Notes: generated from the letters alone by a model not told the origin. Numbered from the stretch's first letter, positions 38,963-52,731 are shown. The stretch is DNA of 64,000 nt from Prochlorococcus sp. AG-355-B18 (GCA_003280965.1 QCDI01000001.1:210391-274390), one strand, 5' to 3'. Program-made: numbers and translations.

Positions 38963-39928
38963 TTAGGATTCTTGGAATTTTAATTGCCCTTTAACTTCGA
39001 TTCTCACGCCTTCTGAAAAATTAAACACTTTTTCTTCAATGTCTTGAATTCTTAGGTCAGATATCCACTCTAATTGTTTTAATAGGTGAAGACTAACAGC
39101 ATGTTTAGCTCTTTTTGAGCCGTCTTCTACTTTTAAAGCCAATCCAATCCCTTCATTTACTTTACATAGGCACTGTATTCCTTCTGCACCGCCTTTACCT
39201 ATAACTTGTCCATGAGAAGCCTTAATTATTTCTGTATCAAATTTATTATTGTCACTTAACATTATTGGGTTAGTTGTCATGGCTCTACTTATTTGTTCTA
39301 ATTCAGCATTGTCTGAACTACTTAAGAGTGAATATAATTTAGACATTTCTATTAGTTTTAAAAAAAGAGTTGGGGCTCCACAATCATCGCGTTCTGCATT
39401 TATTTCAGATATTGGGATCTCGAGTAATTCAGAAATAATTCTAAATATTTCAATTTGAAGTGGATGATCTCCCTTCAAGTAACTATCTAATGGCCAATTC
39501 ATTTTTTTGCATGTCGCTAAGAAAGCAGCATGTTTTCCTGAACAATTATGTTCTAAGGGACTTGTCATTGTTTTAGGACATTTCAGACTACTAATATCGA
39601 TATCGTATTCCCATAAAATTTTGAAGGCTTCCCTTGAGTGAAGTTTTGATCCACTATGAGATCCGCAAGCTAATGCAATTGATTTTGAATCATTATTGAT
39701 TTTTGATGCGGCTCCACTGCTAACAAAAGGGATTGCTTGAAAAGGTTTTAATGCTGACCTTATAAAACTTTTATATTCTGGATTTCCAGCGCACATTAAA
39801 ACCCTACCTTTTTTGTCACTAATAACAGCATGAATTTTATGAATTGACTCAATATTTGTTCCTCTCATTAAGGTTGCTTGTAAAGGAGGATTATTCGATG
39901 TGTAAAGGTTTTTAAAGTTTGAACTCAT
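38963..39928 (-). CDS. L-asparaginase II family protein
   Basis: RSALKPFQA, HNCSGKH, DDCGAP, KGGAEG. Confidence 0.9.
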   Translation of the reverse strand: MSSNFKNLYTSNNPPLQATLMRGTNIESIHKIHAVISDKKGRVLMCAGNPEYKSFIRSALKPFQAIPFVSSGAASKINNDSKSIALACGSHSGSKLHSREAFKILWEYDIDISSLKCPKTMTSPLEHNCSGKHAAFLATCKKMNWPLDSYLKGDHPLQIEIFRIISELLEIPISEINAERDDCGAPTLFLKLIEMSKLYSLLSSSDNAELEQISRAMTTNPIMLSDNNKFDTEIIKASHGQVIGKGGAEGIQCLCKVNEGIGLALKVEDGSKRAKHAVSLHLLKQLEWISDLRIQDIEEKVFNFSEGVRIEVKGQLKFQES

Positions 39929-40423
39929 TTAGAAATTGTTATATTGAAAAAAAAGAATTCCTGATAAAGCTAGGACCGAGATGATAGAAAAAATTTGAAT
40001 TAAATTTTTTAAAATGGGTTTTACCTCAATTGAGGCAATAAGTGATTCTTTTTCTTTTAGAATTAATGGCTTTATCCACACTTGGCCGTCGTACCAACCT
40101 GATTCTTCGTACTCTACTTTTTCAGATGTCAATCTCTTAAATACATGTTTCCAACCAAGATATAGCCTTATAGTAATTAATAGAGGTATTGATAAGCTGC
40201 TAAAAAAACTTAAAAGGATATATTTTAAGAGGGATGTTTTGAAATATACACTACCCGATGAAATAAAGAGGAATAGAACAAAAGCACCTGCCCAGAATTT
40301 AATCAATACAAGGAGTAATGATTTTTTTGTTTTTGGCCAAGAGAAAATTATGGATTTTGATAATTCAATGTATTCATTTGTGGGCTGTTGCTCTCTAGGT
40401 ACAGGACATTTAGGATCGTTCAT
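39929..40423 (-). CDS. CGLD27/DUF1230 family protein
   Basis: CPVPREQQP, YEESGWYDGQVW. Confidence 0.9.
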   Translation of the reverse strand: MNDPKCPVPREQQPTNEYIELSKSIIFSWPKTKKSLLLVLIKFWAGAFVLFLFISSGSVYFKTSLLKYILLSFFSSLSIPLLITIRLYLGWKHVFKRLTSEKVEYEESGWYDGQVWIKPLILKEKESLIASIEVKPILKNLIQIFSIISVLALSGILFFQYNNF

Positions 40424-40433
40424 AAAATAATAA

Positions 40434-40778
40434 TTATGGAAATGTAAGATTATCTCCATTACTCCAGAAAGATTCAAGGTCATAAAATTTCCTTATTTCT
40501 GGTTGAAAAATATTTACAATCAAGTCACCATAATCAAGTAAAGCCCATTTTGCCTCGTTAACTCCTTCTTTTCTTATCGGCTCAATTTTAGCCTTCTCTC
40601 TAAGCTCTCCCTCTACAGATTTAGTTATGGATCTAACCTGTACATCAGATAACCCCTCTGCAATCAGTATCCATTCACTTATAAAAGATACTTTATCAAT
40701 TTTTATAAGTTTTATATCTATTGCTTTTTTTTCATCACAGGCTTTAGCTGCCATTAATACTAAACTTTTATTGTCCAT
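40434..40778 (-). CDS. rsfS: Ribosome silencing factor (Iojap)
   Basis: DEKKAIDI, WALLDYGD...FYDLESFW. Confidence 0.92.
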   Translation of the reverse strand: MDNKSLVLMAAKACDEKKAIDIKLIKIDKVSFISEWILIAEGLSDVQVRSITKSVEGELREKAKIEPIRKEGVNEAKWALLDYGDLIVNIFQPEIRKFYDLESFWSNGDNLTFP

Positions 40779-41406
40779 AGACATTTTCGCTTGAAACAGA
40801 TTTTTCTGAACCTTCTTGCTGAGACAACTCTGATCTAGCTTTTTCTGCACTTTTTCTTAAAGCCTCTAATCTATCTTCGAAGAAACTTCTTTTTTTCTTT
40901 TTTCGCGTTTTCTCGATTAACTCCTTTAATGCCCCTCCAAGACTCTTATAAGCATTCGGAATACTATATCCAAATCTACAAGCAAGATCAATTGCTCTTT
41001 CATCTGCAAAAATAGCATCTTGAAGTTTTTTCTCAGAGTTATTTTTTATATATAATCTATACCCAGCAAAACTTGATAAACCAAGAGCAAGTAATAAAAG
41101 TAGTCCATCTTGTACCCACAATTCTCCTATTGCTCCTCCTAGCCCTATGGCAAGAGCAGCCATTTCCCATCCATCTCTGGGAATTGTGTCATTTTGAATT
41201 TTTCCAACTTCATGCCAAAACAATAAATTTCTGTGGTCGATTGCTAAGTTATCCCATTCTTCTAAATCAATTTGAATTTCTACTTCATCACGACCAATTT
41301 CCTCAAGTGTTATTAAAGGTGGATCTATAGCAGCAGCAGCTTCAACAAATACCCAACTCTCATTCTCAGGAGGCAACAAACTTTTAAGTCGCTGAAGTTC
41401 GCTCAT
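40768..41406 (-). CDS. DUF3318 domain protein
   Basis: RNLLFWHEV, GLGGAIGELWVQD. Confidence 0.85.
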   Translation of the reverse strand: MSELQRLKSLLPPENESWVFVEAAAAIDPPLITLEEIGRDEVEIQIDLEEWDNLAIDHRNLLFWHEVGKIQNDTIPRDGWEMAALAIGLGGAIGELWVQDGLLLLLALGLSSFAGYRLYIKNNSEKKLQDAIFADERAIDLACRFGYSIPNAYKSLGGALKELIEKTRKKKKRSFFEDRLEALRKSAEKARSELSQQEGSEKSVSSENVYGQ

Positions 41407-41514
41407 AAAAAATTAATTTCTTTCAATACTATAGAAACAAATGTTGCTTTTCAAGTAACTTGATTAACATCTGATGATTTATCAGTAGCATAAAATAAAT
41501 GAAGGTTTTTAATT

Positions 41515-44500
41515 ATGCCTCAAAGAGGTGATCTTAAAAAAATACTTATTCTAGGGTCTGGACCGATTGTTATAGGACAAGCTTGCGAATTTGATTACTC
41601 TGGCACTCAAGCATGTAAAGCTTTAAGAAAAGCTGGTTATGAAATTATATTGATAAATTCAAATCCAGCATCGATAATGACAGATCCCGAGATTGCAAGC
41701 AAAACATATATTGAACCATTGACTCCTGAAATTGTTTCTCAGATTATTTTAAGAGAAAAACCTGATGCAATTCTTCCTACGATGGGAGGTCAAACTGCTT
41801 TGAATCTTGCGGTTAAATTATCAGAGTCAGATTTTTTAAAAAAAAATAATGTTGAATTAATTGGTGCTGATTTAAGGGCTATTAATAAAGCTGAAGATAG
41901 AAAATTGTTTAAAGAATCGATGGAAAAAATAAATGTAAATGTATGCCCATCTGGGATAGCATCCAACCTAACTGAAGCTAAAAAAGTATCAAGAAAAATT
42001 AATTCATACCCTCTTATAATTCGACCTGCATTTACTTTGGGTGGAGTAGGAGGTGGAATTGCTTATAATCTTGAAGAATTTGTCGAATTGTGTACAACAG
42101 GTCTAGAAGAAAGTCCAAGTAATCAAATTTTGATTGAAAAATCACTAATTGGATGGAAGGAGTTTGAATTAGAGGTTATGAGAGATACTGCGGATAATGT
42201 AGTAATAGTTTGCAGTATTGAAAATTTAGATCCAATGGGTGTTCATACTGGAGATTCGATTACCGTAGCTCCCGCACAGACATTAACAGATAAGGAATAT
42301 CAGAGATTGAGGGACTTGTCGTTAAAAATTATTAGAGAAGTAGGAGTTGAAACTGGAGGAAGTAATATTCAATTTGCAATAAATCCAACTAATGGAGAAG
42401 TTATTGTAATAGAAATGAATCCTCGTGTTAGTAGATCCTCTGCTTTGGCAAGTAAAGCAACTGGATTTCCAATAGCAAAGATTGCGGCATTATTATCTGT
42501 TGGCTATACACTCGATGAGATTATTAATGACATCACAAAAAAAACACCCGCATGTTTTGAGCCTTCAATTGATTACGTTGTAACCAAAATTCCCAGATTC
42601 GCTTTTGAAAAGTTTAAAGGTTCCTCAAATACCTTAAGTACTGCAATGAAATCCGTTGGTGAGTCTATGGCAATTGGCCGATCTTTTGAAGAATCATTCC
42701 AGAAAGCATTAAGGTCCTTAGAAGTTGGTATTTTTGGATGGGAATGTGATTCATTAGATGAAATTAAAAGCGAAAATGATCTAAGGAATAGTTTAAGAAA
42801 CCCAACATCTGAAAGAATTCTCATAATTAAAAAAGCTATGCAGCTTGGAAAAACTAATTCTTATATTCAAGAAGTTACAAATATAGATTTATGGTTTATC
42901 GAGAAATTACGTAATATTTTTAATTTTGAAATTAATTTTTTGCAAGAAAAAAAACTTTTCGAATTAGATAGGGATTTAATGCTGATAGCTAAGCAACAAG
43001 GGTTTTCAGATCAACAGATAGCAAAGTTAACTAATTCTGATTTTTTTGATGTAAGAAACTATAGAAAAGAACTAAATATAATACCAATTTATAAAACTGT
43101 TGATACTTGTTCAGCAGAGTTCTCATCCTCAACTCCCTATCATTATTCAACTTACGAAGAATCTTTTATTAATTTCAATTCTCAAACTTCTGATAACGAG
43201 ATTTCAAAAGATAATAAATCAAAAAAAATTATGATTTTAGGTGGAGGTCCAAACAGAATCGGCCAGGGAATAGAATTCGATTATTGTTGTTGCCATGCGT
43301 CATACCAATCTTCGACAAATGGTTATAAAACTATAATGGTTAACAGTAACCCAGAGACCGTATCAACAGACTACGATACTAGCGATATTTTATATTTTGA
43401 GCCAGTAACTTTAGAGGATGTACTCAACATAATAGAGGCTGAAAATCCTTATGGTTTAATCGTTCAATTCGGTGGTCAAACTCCGCTTAAATTATCCTTG
43501 CCGTTATTTAAATGGCTTCAATCTAATGATGGGATTAAAACTGGATCAAAAATTCTAGGAACATCTCCTATCTCTATCGATTTAGCAGAAGATAGAGAGG
43601 AATTTACAAAAATTCTTGAGGAATTAAGTATTAGGCAACCTTTAAACGGTATAGCTCGTAATCAAAGTGAAGCACAAACTGTAGCAAAAAATATTGGATT
43701 CCCTTTGGTTGTTAGACCCTCTTACGTTTTAGGAGGTAGGGCAATGGAAATTGTTAAAGATGAGAATGAATTATTTAGATACGTCTCTGAAGCAGTTAAG
43801 GTATCGCCTGATCATCCAATTCTCCTTGATCAATATTTGAATAATGCTATTGAGATAGATGTTGATGCTTTATGTGATTCAGAAGGTTCTGTTGTAATTG
43901 CCGGTTTGATGGAACATGTTGAACCTGCAGGAATTCATTCAGGAGATTCAGCTTGTTGTTTACCATCCATTTCTCTTTCAAAATCCACTCTGGAGACTGT
44001 AAAAAATTGGACAAAATTAATTGCAAGAAGACTAAATGTTGTAGGGTTAATTAATTTGCAATTTGCAGTGACAAATTTAAATAATAAAGAAAATAAATTA
44101 TTTATTCTTGAGGCAAATCCAAGGGCTTCTAGAACAGTCCCGTTTGTTTCAAAGGCAATAGGTAAACCAGTTGCAAAATTAGCGACCCAGTTAATGCAAG
44201 GTTTTACTTTAGAAGATGTGAATTTTACCCAAGAATTTTCTCCAAAATATCAGGCAGTAAAAGAAGCTGTTTTGCCTTTCAAAAGATTTCCAGGATCTGA
44301 TACACTCCTTGGTCCTGAAATGAGATCTACTGGAGAAGTAATGGGTTTAGCAAAAGATTTTGGAATTGCTTATGCTAAGTCAGAATTGGCAGCAGGAAAT
44401 GGAGTTCCTTCTGAGGGAGTAGCTTTTTTGTCTACTAATGATTTAGATAAAAAAAATCTTGAAGAAATTGCCAGGGAATTGTTGATTTTAGGATTTAAGT

Positions 44501-44811
44501 TAATTGCAACAAAAGGTACAGCTTCTTATTTGGTTGATTTAGGCATTCAAGTTGAAGAAGTACTAAAAGTACATGAAGGTAGACCAAATATAGAGGACTT
44601 AATTCGTTCAGGACTTGTTCAATTAATTATTAATACACCAATAGGCTCCCAAGCTCTCCATGATGATGCATATTTGAGGAGGGCTGCCTTAGAATATAAT
44701 ATTCCAACTTTTACAACTATTCCTGGGGCCAAAGCCGCCATTAAAGCAATTAAGGCTTTGCAAAGTAATAATATTGATACTTACTCTCTACAAGAAATCC
44801 ATAATTATTAA
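41515..44811 (+). CDS. carB: Carbamoyl-phosphate synthase large subunit
   Basis: [32 protein letters not shown]. Confidence 0.98.
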   Translation: MPQRGDLKKILILGSGPIVIGQACEFDYSGTQACKALRKAGYEIILINSNPASIMTDPEIASKTYIEPLTPEIVSQIILREKPDAILPTMGGQTALNLAVKLSESDFLKKNNVELIGADLRAINKAEDRKLFKESMEKINVNVCPSGIASNLTEAKKVSRKINSYPLIIRPAFTLGGVGGGIAYNLEEFVELCTTGLEESPSNQILIEKSLIGWKEFELEVMRDTADNVVIVCSIENLDPMGVHTGDSITVAPAQTLTDKEYQRLRDLSLKIIREVGVETGGSNIQFAINPTNGEVIVIEMNPRVSRSSALASKATGFPIAKIAALLSVGYTLDEIINDITKKTPACFEPSIDYVVTKIPRFAFEKFKGSSNTLSTAMKSVGESMAIGRSFEESFQKALRSLEVGIFGWECDSLDEIKSENDLRNSLRNPTSERILIIKKAMQLGKTNSYIQEVTNIDLWFIEKLRNIFNFEINFLQEKKLFELDRDLMLIAKQQGFSDQQIAKLTNSDFFDVRNYRKELNIIPIYKTVDTCSAEFSSSTPYHYSTYEESFINFNSQTSDNEISKDNKSKKIMILGGGPNRIGQGIEFDYCCCHASYQSSTNGYKTIMVNSNPETVSTDYDTSDILYFEPVTLEDVLNIIEAENPYGLIVQFGGQTPLKLSLPLFKWLQSNDGIKTGSKILGTSPISIDLAEDREEFTKILEELSIRQPLNGIARNQSEAQTVAKNIGFPLVVRPSYVLGGRAMEIVKDENELFRYVSEAVKVSPDHPILLDQYLNNAIEIDVDALCDSEGSVVIAGLMEHVEPAGIHSGDSACCLPSISLSKSTLETVKNWTKLIARRLNVVGLINLQFAVTNLNNKENKLFILEANPRASRTVPFVSKAIGKPVAKLATQLMQGFTLEDVNFTQEFSPKYQAVKEAVLPFKRFPGSDTLLGPEMRSTGEVMGLAKDFGIAYAKSELAAGNGVPSEGVAFLSTNDLDKKNLEEIARELLILGFKLIATKGTASYLVDLGIQVEEVLKVHEGRPNIEDLIRSGLVQLIINTPIGSQALHDDAYLRRAALEYNIPTFTTIPGAKAAIKAIKALQSNNIDTYSLQEIHNY

Positions 44812-44815
44812 AACT

Positions 44816-45034
44816 TTACTCAAGGTTTTTTAGTTTTTCTCTTAATTGATTTGCTAAAGAGTTTCGACTAATTGAGAGTAATTTCAATGTATCCTCATGC
44901 ATTTTTAGTTGTGTTTCCGCTATTTGCAATCCTTTTATAGATTCTTTTATGTCCTTAGAAAGATCATTTATCAGATACTCCTTCCCTTCAAATGTTAAAA
45001 CTGGGTTGCCAGAATCATTTGTGTTTTCACTCAT
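44816..45034 (-). CDS. Small coiled-coil protein (DUF6447-like)
   Basis: LTFEGKEYLINDLS. Confidence 0.7.
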   Translation of the reverse strand: MSENTNDSGNPVLTFEGKEYLINDLSKDIKESIKGLQIAETQLKMHEDTLKLLSISRNSLANQLREKLKNLE

Positions 45035-45062
45035 GGATTTTACTTTTTAATAAACATGTAAA

Positions 45063-46769
45063 TTATACTTTGTTAATTAATTGTTTTTCACATAATTCTC
45101 TATATATTCCTTTTTTATTAAGTAAATCAATATGTTTCCCAACCTCAACAATTTCACCCTTATTAAAGACAACTATTTTATCTGCCTTTTGAGTCGTGGC
45201 TAATCTATGGGCAATTATAATTACAGTTCTATTTTTCATAGCTCTATTAAGACCTTCTTGAACTTCTGATTCTGATTCTGCATCTAATGCACTTGTGGCT
45301 TCATCTAAGAGAAGAATGGATGGGTTTCCTAGTATTGCTCTTGCAATTGCTATCCTCTGGATCTGACCACCAGAAAAATTTGATCCTCTTTCAGTTATCT
45401 CAGTTTCATATTTTTCAGGCAGCTGTTGAATGAAGTGGTGAGCGTTTGCTTTTCTTGCTGATTCTATAACTTCTTCCTTGGTAAAACTTCTGCCCATTCT
45501 TATTGCATCAATAATTTTTCCAGAAAATAAAAAAGGCTGTTGTTGCACTAATGCAATATTTTTTCTTATATCTTTAGTATTTAATAACTTCAGATTTTTA
45601 TCATCAATTAATATTTCACCATTACTAGGCGTTATAAATTTTAATATCAAGGCCAACATTGTGCTTTTGCCAGCTCCTGAGGCTCCAACAAATGCTGTGA
45701 CTTCACCCCTTTTAATTTCTAAATCGATATTTTTAAGTACTTGATTATTTTTTTTGTAAGCGTAAATTACTTTCTTGAAACTTATTTTGCCTTGAAAATT
45801 GGATATCCTTCGTAAATTTTTTTTATCATCTTCGACAGGTTCTTGATTTATGTTTTTCAACCTTTTTATTGAGGCTTCTGCCTGTTTATAGTCATTAAAA
45901 TTTGTACTTACATGACTTATTGGATCAATAAGCATTAATATCGCTGCAAAAAAACTACTAAACTCTTCGCTTGTTAGAAGTCCTAAATTAATTCTTGCTG
46001 CTCCTAAACCTAATATCGCTAATATTCCAAATGCTTCAACAAATCCTACAACTGGATGTTGAAATGCAAGTAGTTTTAATGTTTTATATTTTGCTTTTTT
46101 ATTTGTACTTAATCTTTTATAAAATCTTTTCTCAATCCAATTTTCTGCAGCAAAAGCTCTTATCGTGGACATTCCATTTATAGATTCACCTATTAAACCT
46201 GCTAAATTACTTGTTGATTCTTGACTTTTTTCGGAGGCTATTAAAACTCTTCTTCCAAAACTGTTAACTGAAAGAATAATTAGTGGTGCTAAAACGAATG
46301 CTGATATTGTTAGTGACCAGTCTAAATAAAACATATAGATTATTACCGCTAACAACTGTAAAGTGCATGGAATAGTATCTTGAGCTGTTTTATAAATAAC
46401 TTCGCTTACCCTGTCTGCATCTTCCGTAAGTCTATATGTGATATCCCCGGCTGAAATGTTTTCAAGAGAATTCATCTTTATTTTTTGTATTCTGCTAAAT
46501 AAATTTCCTCTCATCACTTCACTAATTTCTAAAGATGGTTTTGCTATGAATACATCCTGTCCAAATTGAGCAGTTTTCTGAACTAAAAATACAAATAAAG
46601 ACTTAATTATTATGCTAGAAACTTTTGAGAGATCACCTGAACCAATAGCTGGTATTAAGTTTCCAGCTAAATAAGCTAATAAAGGCCAACAAGCTACGTA
46701 AATAAGCATGCATATAAAACCCTTAATAAATCTATTTGAATATGGTCTGACTGGTGGTATTAGTCTCAA
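45063..46769 (-). CDS. ABC transporter ATP-binding/permease (MsbA-like)
   Basis: TM domain plus GASGAGKS, FSGGQ, LDEATSALD. Confidence 0.93.
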   Translation of the reverse strand: MRLIPPVRPYSNRFIKGFICMLIYVACWPLLAYLAGNLIPAIGSGDLSKVSSIIIKSLFVFLVQKTAQFGQDVFIAKPSLEISEVMRGNLFSRIQKIKMNSLENISAGDITYRLTEDADRVSEVIYKTAQDTIPCTLQLLAVIIYMFYLDWSLTISAFVLAPLIILSVNSFGRRVLIASEKSQESTSNLAGLIGESINGMSTIRAFAAENWIEKRFYKRLSTNKKAKYKTLKLLAFQHPVVGFVEAFGILAILGLGAARINLGLLTSEEFSSFFAAILMLIDPISHVSTNFNDYKQAEASIKRLKNINQEPVEDDKKNLRRISNFQGKISFKKVIYAYKKNNQVLKNIDLEIKRGEVTAFVGASGAGKSTMLALILKFITPSNGEILIDDKNLKLLNTKDIRKNIALVQQQPFLFSGKIIDAIRMGRSFTKEEVIESARKANAHHFIQQLPEKYETEITERGSNFSGGQIQRIAIARAILGNPSILLLDEATSALDAESESEVQEGLNRAMKNRTVIIIAHRLATTQKADKIVVFNKGEIVEVGKHIDLLNKKGIYRELCEKQLINKV

Positions 46770-46827
46770 GATATTATATATTTAATTGTTTATCCTACTT
46801 TATCAATATGTCTGGGTATAAAAAACA

Positions 46828-47004
46828 ATGAAATTGGATCAATTTTTAAAATGGAAAAATTTGGTATCTTCTGGCGGCGAGGCAAAAATTTTTATTAAAT
46901 CCGGTTCAGTTAAGGTTAATGGTGTAATTGAGACTAGGAGAGGAAGGAAGTTAAACAAGGGAGATAAAGTAATATTTCTAAAAAATGAATTAATTTTTGA
47001 ATAG
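46828..47004 (+). CDS. S4-like RNA-binding protein (YbcJ/YaaA family)
   Basis: Hand-translated MKLDQFLKWKNLVSSGGEAK...VNGVIETRRGRKL. Confidence 0.9.
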   Translation: MKLDQFLKWKNLVSSGGEAKIFIKSGSVKVNGVIETRRGRKLNKGDKVIFLKNELIFE

Positions 47005-47056
47005 TTAGCTTAATCCACTCACTTTGTATTAGTATATTTTTCTTGGAGATACTATT

Positions 47057-47782
47057 TTGAGAAAATCTGTAATTGCTGGTAATTGGAAAATGCACATGAC
47101 TTGTGCTGAAGCTAAAGCATATTTAGAAGAGTTTATTCCTTTAATAAAAAATATAAAGGACGATCGTAAAGTTGTTATTGCTCCACCTTTTACAGCTATT
47201 TCAACCTTTTCTGATCATTCTGATTTTGATTATTTAGATATTTCTAGTCAAAATATTCATTGGGAAGATCAAGGAGCATTTACTGCAGAAATATCTCCAA
47301 AAATGCTTCTTGAACATGGCGTCTCATATGCAATTGTTGGACATAGTGAACCAAGGAAATATTTTAGTGAAAGTGATGAACAAATTAATAAAAGAGTAGT
47401 TTTTGCTCAATCTAGTGGACTTACTCCAATAGTTTGTGTAGGAGAAACATTAGAACAAAGAGAGAGAGGAGAAGCTGTTAGAGTTATTACTAGACAGGTT
47501 GAACAAGGATTAGAAAATACAGATCCATCTAATTTAATTGTTGCTTATGAACCGATATGGGCTATTGGCACTGGTAAAACATGTGAGGCAGAAGACGCTA
47601 ATAAGATATGTTCTTTGATTCGGAATTTAATAGGTTTTGATGATGTAATTATTCAATATGGAGGATCTGTTAAACCTAATAATATTGACGAAATCATGTC
47701 AATGACTGATATAGATGGGGTGTTAGTTGGAGGGGCTTCACTAGATCCGAATAGTTTTGCGAGAATTGCAAATTATCAATAA
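47057..47782 (+). CDS. tpiA: Triosephosphate isomerase
   Basis: [28 protein letters not shown]. Confidence 0.98.
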   Translation: MRKSVIAGNWKMHMTCAEAKAYLEEFIPLIKNIKDDRKVVIAPPFTAISTFSDHSDFDYLDISSQNIHWEDQGAFTAEISPKMLLEHGVSYAIVGHSEPRKYFSESDEQINKRVVFAQSSGLTPIVCVGETLEQRERGEAVRVITRQVEQGLENTDPSNLIVAYEPIWAIGTGKTCEAEDANKICSLIRNLIGFDDVIIQYGGSVKPNNIDEIMSMTDIDGVLVGGASLDPNSFARIANYQ

Positions 47783-48611
47783 GAGAAATCCATGGCCTAA
47801 AGGCTGGGGCCAAAAAACATCAATTATGGGAGTTATTAATTTAACTCCTGATTCATTTAGTGATGGTGGGGAATTAAACTCTTCAAAAAAAGTTTTAGAT
47901 CAAGTAAATCATTTCTTGAGAAATGGTGTTGATGTTATTGATCTTGGTGCTCAAAGTACAAGACCTGGGGCTGAAGAAGTTGGAACTAGTGTAGAAATAG
48001 AAAGATTGATCCCATATCTAAAATTAATAAAATCTGAATTTCCAGATGTTTTAATTTCTATTGATACTTTTAATTCTGAAGTGGCTTATGAAGCACTTTT
48101 AAATGGTGCTAATTGGATAAATGATGTAACGGGAGGAAGAAGAGACATAAAAATTTTGGATGTTGCATCAAAATTCAAGTGTCCATTCGTCATAACTCAT
48201 AGTCGCGGTAATAGTCAAAATATGAATCAACTCTCTAATTACCAGAATGTATTGAGTGATGTTAAGTGCTCTCTTGATAATTTAATAAAGAATGCTTTAG
48301 AAAAAAATATATCTGAAAGAAATATAATAGTGGATCCTGGAATTGGTTTTTCAAAGGATATCAATCATAATTTGGAAATCTTGAGAAACTTAGATGAATT
48401 TAAAAAATGGAATTTGCCAATTTTGATAGGTGCATCTAGGAAGAGATTTATAGGAGAAATTTTGAATGAGAAAAATCCAAAAGAAAGGGATATAGGAACA
48501 CTTGCAATAAGTTGTCTTTGTTCTCAATTTAATATTGATATTGTGAGGGTTCACAACGTCAAACTAAATTTTCAAATTCTAAAAGTAGCTGATAGGATTT
48601 ACAGAAAATAA
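47757..48611 (+). CDS. folP: Dihydropteroate synthase
   Basis: [27 protein letters not shown]. Confidence 0.97.
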   Translation: MRELQIINKRNPWPKGWGQKTSIMGVINLTPDSFSDGGELNSSKKVLDQVNHFLRNGVDVIDLGAQSTRPGAEEVGTSVEIERLIPYLKLIKSEFPDVLISIDTFNSEVAYEALLNGANWINDVTGGRRDIKILDVASKFKCPFVITHSRGNSQNMNQLSNYQNVLSDVKCSLDNLIKNALEKNISERNIIVDPGIGFSKDINHNLEILRNLDEFKKWNLPILIGASRKRFIGEILNEKNPKERDIGTLAISCLCSQFNIDIVRVHNVKLNFQILKVADRIYRK

Positions 48612-48619
48612 TATATTTA

Positions 48620-51600
48620 TTATTCTTTAACTCCTTCGATTTTATCCTCTACCTCTTGGTATAGTTCTTTCAACTGTTCTATATTCTCATCTGAAGTTTC
48701 CCAATATCCCCTACCATTGACTTCTAGCAATGTTCCAACAATTCTTCTGAAACTATTAGGATTAAGATCCATTAATCTTTTCCTCATCTCTTCATCATTT
48801 ATAAATGTTTCATTAGTTTCTTCATATACAAAATTATCTACTTGCCCACTTGTCGCACTCCAACCAAGAGTGTAATTAAGTCTGTTAGAAAGTTCTCTAA
48901 CTCCTTCGTAGCCAGATTTGAGCATGCCTTCATACCACTTAGGATTTAAAAGTTTTGTTCTTGAGTCTAATCGGATAGTCTCTCCTAGTGTTCTGACTTG
49001 AGCATTAGAAGTCGTTGTATCCGCTATGTAGCTACTTGGTTCTTTTCCGTCATCTCTTAATGTCTTGATCAATTTTGTTGGATCCGAATCAAAATAATGA
49101 CTTACATCTGTTAATGAAATCTCAGAAGAATCAAGGTTTTGGAATGTAACATCTGCTGTTTTCATTACTGACTCAAATACCTCTCTTTTTTGATTCATCT
49201 CACCTGGATTATCGGCATTAAAAGCATATGTTTTTCGTGATAAATACATTTCTTGTAATTCATTTTCTTCCTCCCATGTTGAATTTTCTACGGCTAAATT
49301 AACATTTGAACTGTAACTTCCACTTGCATTAGAAAATACTCTCGCTGAAGCTTCTCTTATAGAAGTGCCTTCTTTTTCTGCCTGTTCTAGTGAATGTTTC
49401 CTTACAAAATTAGATTCCAATGGTTCATCAGCTTCAGCTGCTAATTTGACTGCCTGATCTATTAATGCCATTTGATTGATAAATAGATCTCTAAATACTC
49501 CTGAACAGTTAACTACCACGTCTATTCTAGGCCTACCTAATTCTTCTAAAGGGATTAGTTCTAGTTTGTTAATTCTTCCAACAGAATCTGGTTTTGGCTT
49601 TACCCCAACAAACCATAAGATTTGTGCTAGTGATTCTCCGTAAGTTTTGATGTTATCAGTACCCCATAAAACGCAAGCTATCGTTTCAGGCCAAGTTCCT
49701 TGCTCTTGCTTTTGTCTTTCAATTAATTTGTCAACAACAGACTTTGCTGCAGCTACTGCTGCTGTAGTTGGGATTGATTGAGGATCAAGTGCATGGATAT
49801 TTTTGCCACTGGGCAAAACGCCTGGATTTCTAATGGGATCTCCTCCTGGACCCGGTAATACATAATTTCCATCTAGTGCTTTAATGAGGCTATCCATCTC
49901 TTTGTCTGCACAGACCTGTTCCAGACAGAAAAGTAAGTAATCAAATAATTTATTTAATTCCTTCTGGTTAACTTCATTAAATCCATTTAAGTTACAGACT
50001 CTTAGCCAAGGGGTGGGTAAATTTAGACCAAATACTTTAAGAAAGTCAAACAATTTGGAAAGAAGTGATTTTTCTAAATAAACTCTGCCATCAACAATTT
50101 TTAAAGAGTTGACCATCGCAAAAATAGACTCTCTTGCTGTCTTTATGATTTTTTCATTTAACTCTACAAATTTGAGTTCACCTTTATTATTACCATCATA
50201 AATTTGTTCAATAGTAAGACCCATGGATTCTGCAAGCAGTCCAGGAAGAGATCTTAATCCCTCTTGTTCTCTTTCTAAAGATGCAATGTTTACGAGAGTT
50301 GCAACAGCTTCTTCTGACGTTGGAGCTTCTCCAATAGTATGAAGGCCGCATGGTAATAATCTACTTTCAATTTCCATCAACTGTTTATAGATATTACCAA
50401 CAAATAAATCTCTTTCATCTATTGAGAGTTCTTCTACATCTTTTGAAGGGAGCTCCACATCCTTGTCAAGATTACATTGTTTAGAAGTCTCGACTATTGC
50501 ATTAACTATTTGAATACCTCTACTATTTTCTCTTAGTTGTTGATAAGAACCAACAAGTTCGCTTAGTTCTTTAAGTCCTTTGTAGAGTCCTGCATTTTCT
50601 GCTGGAGGAGTTAAATAGCTAATTGTTGAAGCGTATCCTCTTCTTTTAGCGATTGTCGCTTCAGAAGGATTATTAGCAGCATAGTAATACAAATTAGGTA
50701 ATGATCCAATGAGAGAATCAGGATAGCAAGTTTCACTCATGCCCATCTGTTTGCCAGGCATAAATTCAAGTGATCCGTGGGTTCCAAAATGAAGAACAGC
50801 ATCAGCTCCCCAGATTTTTTCTACATAGGTGTAATAAGCAGCAAAACCGTGATGAGGACTAGCACTTCTAGAATAAAGTAACCTCATTGGATCACCTTCA
50901 TAGCCGAATGTAGGTTGAACACCTATAAAAACATTTCCAAAATGTTTACCATAGATAAGAAGATTTTGTCCGTCACTATTTAGGTTTCCAGGAGGTTTAC
51001 CCCAATTCTCTTCAAGTCTTTGTGAATATGGTGTGAACTCTTCGTATTCTTTTACTGACATCTTATGAGCAATATTTAATTCGGGAGAGCCGTCCATCGC
51101 TTCAGGATTATTAATTACTTTTTCCATTAATTCTTTTGAATTACTTGGAAGTTTATCTATTTGATAACCTTTCGATTTCATTTCAAGGAGTACTCTATAA
51201 ATTGAACCAAAAACATTCAAGTATGCTGCAGTACCAACATTTCCTTTGTCTGGCGGAAAACTAAATACTGTGATGGCTAATTTTTTATCCTTTCTTTGTT
51301 TGACTCTTAAAGTTGACCATTTAATTGCTCTTTCAGCTATTACATCAACTCGATCTTGGAGCGTATGCGCCTTACCTGTAGCATCATCACGACCTGAGAG
51401 AATTATAGGTTCAATAGCACCATCAAGTTCTGGAATTGCAATCTGAAGTGCAACCTGAACAGGGTGTAAACCTAAATCACTATCTTCCCATTCTTGTGTG
51501 GTTTGGAAGACTAATGGAAGTGCAACCATATAAGGTCTGTTTAACCTTTTTAAGGCTTCAATAGCTTTAGGATGATCTTGTCTTGCTGGCCCACCAACTA

Positions 51601-52630
51601 GTGCAAATCCTGTTAGAGATACAACTCCATCTACTATGGGTTGATCCTTATTTATAGAATCATAATAGAATTCATTAACTGGTTTAGAAAAATCTAGACC
51701 TCCACAAAAGATTGGTAGCACTCGCGCACCTCTGTATTCCAATTCTTGAATAACAGCAACGTAATGAGCATCATCACCCGTAACGATGTGACTCCTTTGA
51801 AGCACCAAGCCTATTGTTGGAGCTTTGTCATCTTTAGGATTTATATCAGTTCTGTTATTTTCCCAATTTTGATATTCTTTCAAACTTTCAAACATACAAG
51901 GAGCTAAAGGATGCCAAATTCCTAGATCTGGGAAGGTTTCAGGGTCTTGTATTTTAAATTCTTCTATTTGATCTTTAATGTTCTCTGGAACTGCGTACTT
52001 TTCAGAAATCATTAACAAGAAATTTTTTAAGTTCTCAGTCGTACCACCTAACCAGTACTGAAAACTCAGGATAAATGTTCTAGCATCTTGTGCTTTTTCT
52101 ACTGGTAGATATTTAAGTATTGAAGGTAGTGTATTTAATAATTTCAACATTGAATCTTGGAAGCTTGCTCCATCAGATTCTTTTTTCTTTTTTATTAAAT
52201 CTCCAATAAGACTTTTAGATTGACCAAGTTGGGCCATACTAAATGAACCTAACTTATTTAATCTCATTACCTCTGGCATCGAGGGGAAGATAATTGAAGC
52301 TTTAAGTTTTTCTTTATATGGAGTAACTGCATCTACAACTTTTTGAGCAAGATCCTCTATGAAAATCAATGAAGCAACAAATATATCTGCATTAGCTATA
52401 TCTTCTTTAAAATCCTCAAAATTACTTTCATTTCTAAGTTCTTCGATAAGATAGCCGCTGAGATCTATACCTATTGGCCCATTAATCTCATTTATTGACT
52501 TTGCAGCTTCCGTTAAGGAATTTTGGTATTGTGGCTCAAGGACAACATAAACTGCTTTTACTACAACTTTGTGTTTGTTATCCTCAACAGGAGATACTCT
52601 GCGGCTTGCTGAGCGGACCTGCGTAAACAT
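48620..52630 (-). CDS. chlH: Magnesium chelatase subunit H
   Basis: 1336 aa; [25 protein letters not shown]. Confidence 0.98.
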   Translation of the reverse strand: MFTQVRSASRRVSPVEDNKHKVVVKAVYVVLEPQYQNSLTEAAKSINEINGPIGIDLSGYLIEELRNESNFEDFKEDIANADIFVASLIFIEDLAQKVVDAVTPYKEKLKASIIFPSMPEVMRLNKLGSFSMAQLGQSKSLIGDLIKKKKESDGASFQDSMLKLLNTLPSILKYLPVEKAQDARTFILSFQYWLGGTTENLKNFLLMISEKYAVPENIKDQIEEFKIQDPETFPDLGIWHPLAPCMFESLKEYQNWENNRTDINPKDDKAPTIGLVLQRSHIVTGDDAHYVAVIQELEYRGARVLPIFCGGLDFSKPVNEFYYDSINKDQPIVDGVVSLTGFALVGGPARQDHPKAIEALKRLNRPYMVALPLVFQTTQEWEDSDLGLHPVQVALQIAIPELDGAIEPIILSGRDDATGKAHTLQDRVDVIAERAIKWSTLRVKQRKDKKLAITVFSFPPDKGNVGTAAYLNVFGSIYRVLLEMKSKGYQIDKLPSNSKELMEKVINNPEAMDGSPELNIAHKMSVKEYEEFTPYSQRLEENWGKPPGNLNSDGQNLLIYGKHFGNVFIGVQPTFGYEGDPMRLLYSRSASPHHGFAAYYTYVEKIWGADAVLHFGTHGSLEFMPGKQMGMSETCYPDSLIGSLPNLYYYAANNPSEATIAKRRGYASTISYLTPPAENAGLYKGLKELSELVGSYQQLRENSRGIQIVNAIVETSKQCNLDKDVELPSKDVEELSIDERDLFVGNIYKQLMEIESRLLPCGLHTIGEAPTSEEAVATLVNIASLEREQEGLRSLPGLLAESMGLTIEQIYDGNNKGELKFVELNEKIIKTARESIFAMVNSLKIVDGRVYLEKSLLSKLFDFLKVFGLNLPTPWLRVCNLNGFNEVNQKELNKLFDYLLFCLEQVCADKEMDSLIKALDGNYVLPGPGGDPIRNPGVLPSGKNIHALDPQSIPTTAAVAAAKSVVDKLIERQKQEQGTWPETIACVLWGTDNIKTYGESLAQILWFVGVKPKPDSVGRINKLELIPLEELGRPRIDVVVNCSGVFRDLFINQMALIDQAVKLAAEADEPLESNFVRKHSLEQAEKEGTSIREASARVFSNASGSYSSNVNLAVENSTWEEENELQEMYLSRKTYAFNADNPGEMNQKREVFESVMKTADVTFQNLDSSEISLTDVSHYFDSDPTKLIKTLRDDGKEPSSYIADTTTSNAQVRTLGETIRLDSRTKLLNPKWYEGMLKSGYEGVRELSNRLNYTLGWSATSGQVDNFVYEETNETFINDEEMRKRLMDLNPNSFRRIVGTLLEVNGRGYWETSDENIEQLKELYQEVEDKIEGVKE

Positions 52631-52731
52631 TGATTTTCTTTAAGTATTTCTACCAGCCTACGAATGAAAGTACGTTATTGTGTGCAATATAAATAGCGTG
52701 TAACATCCTTTAAAAAAAAATTTTTACAAAA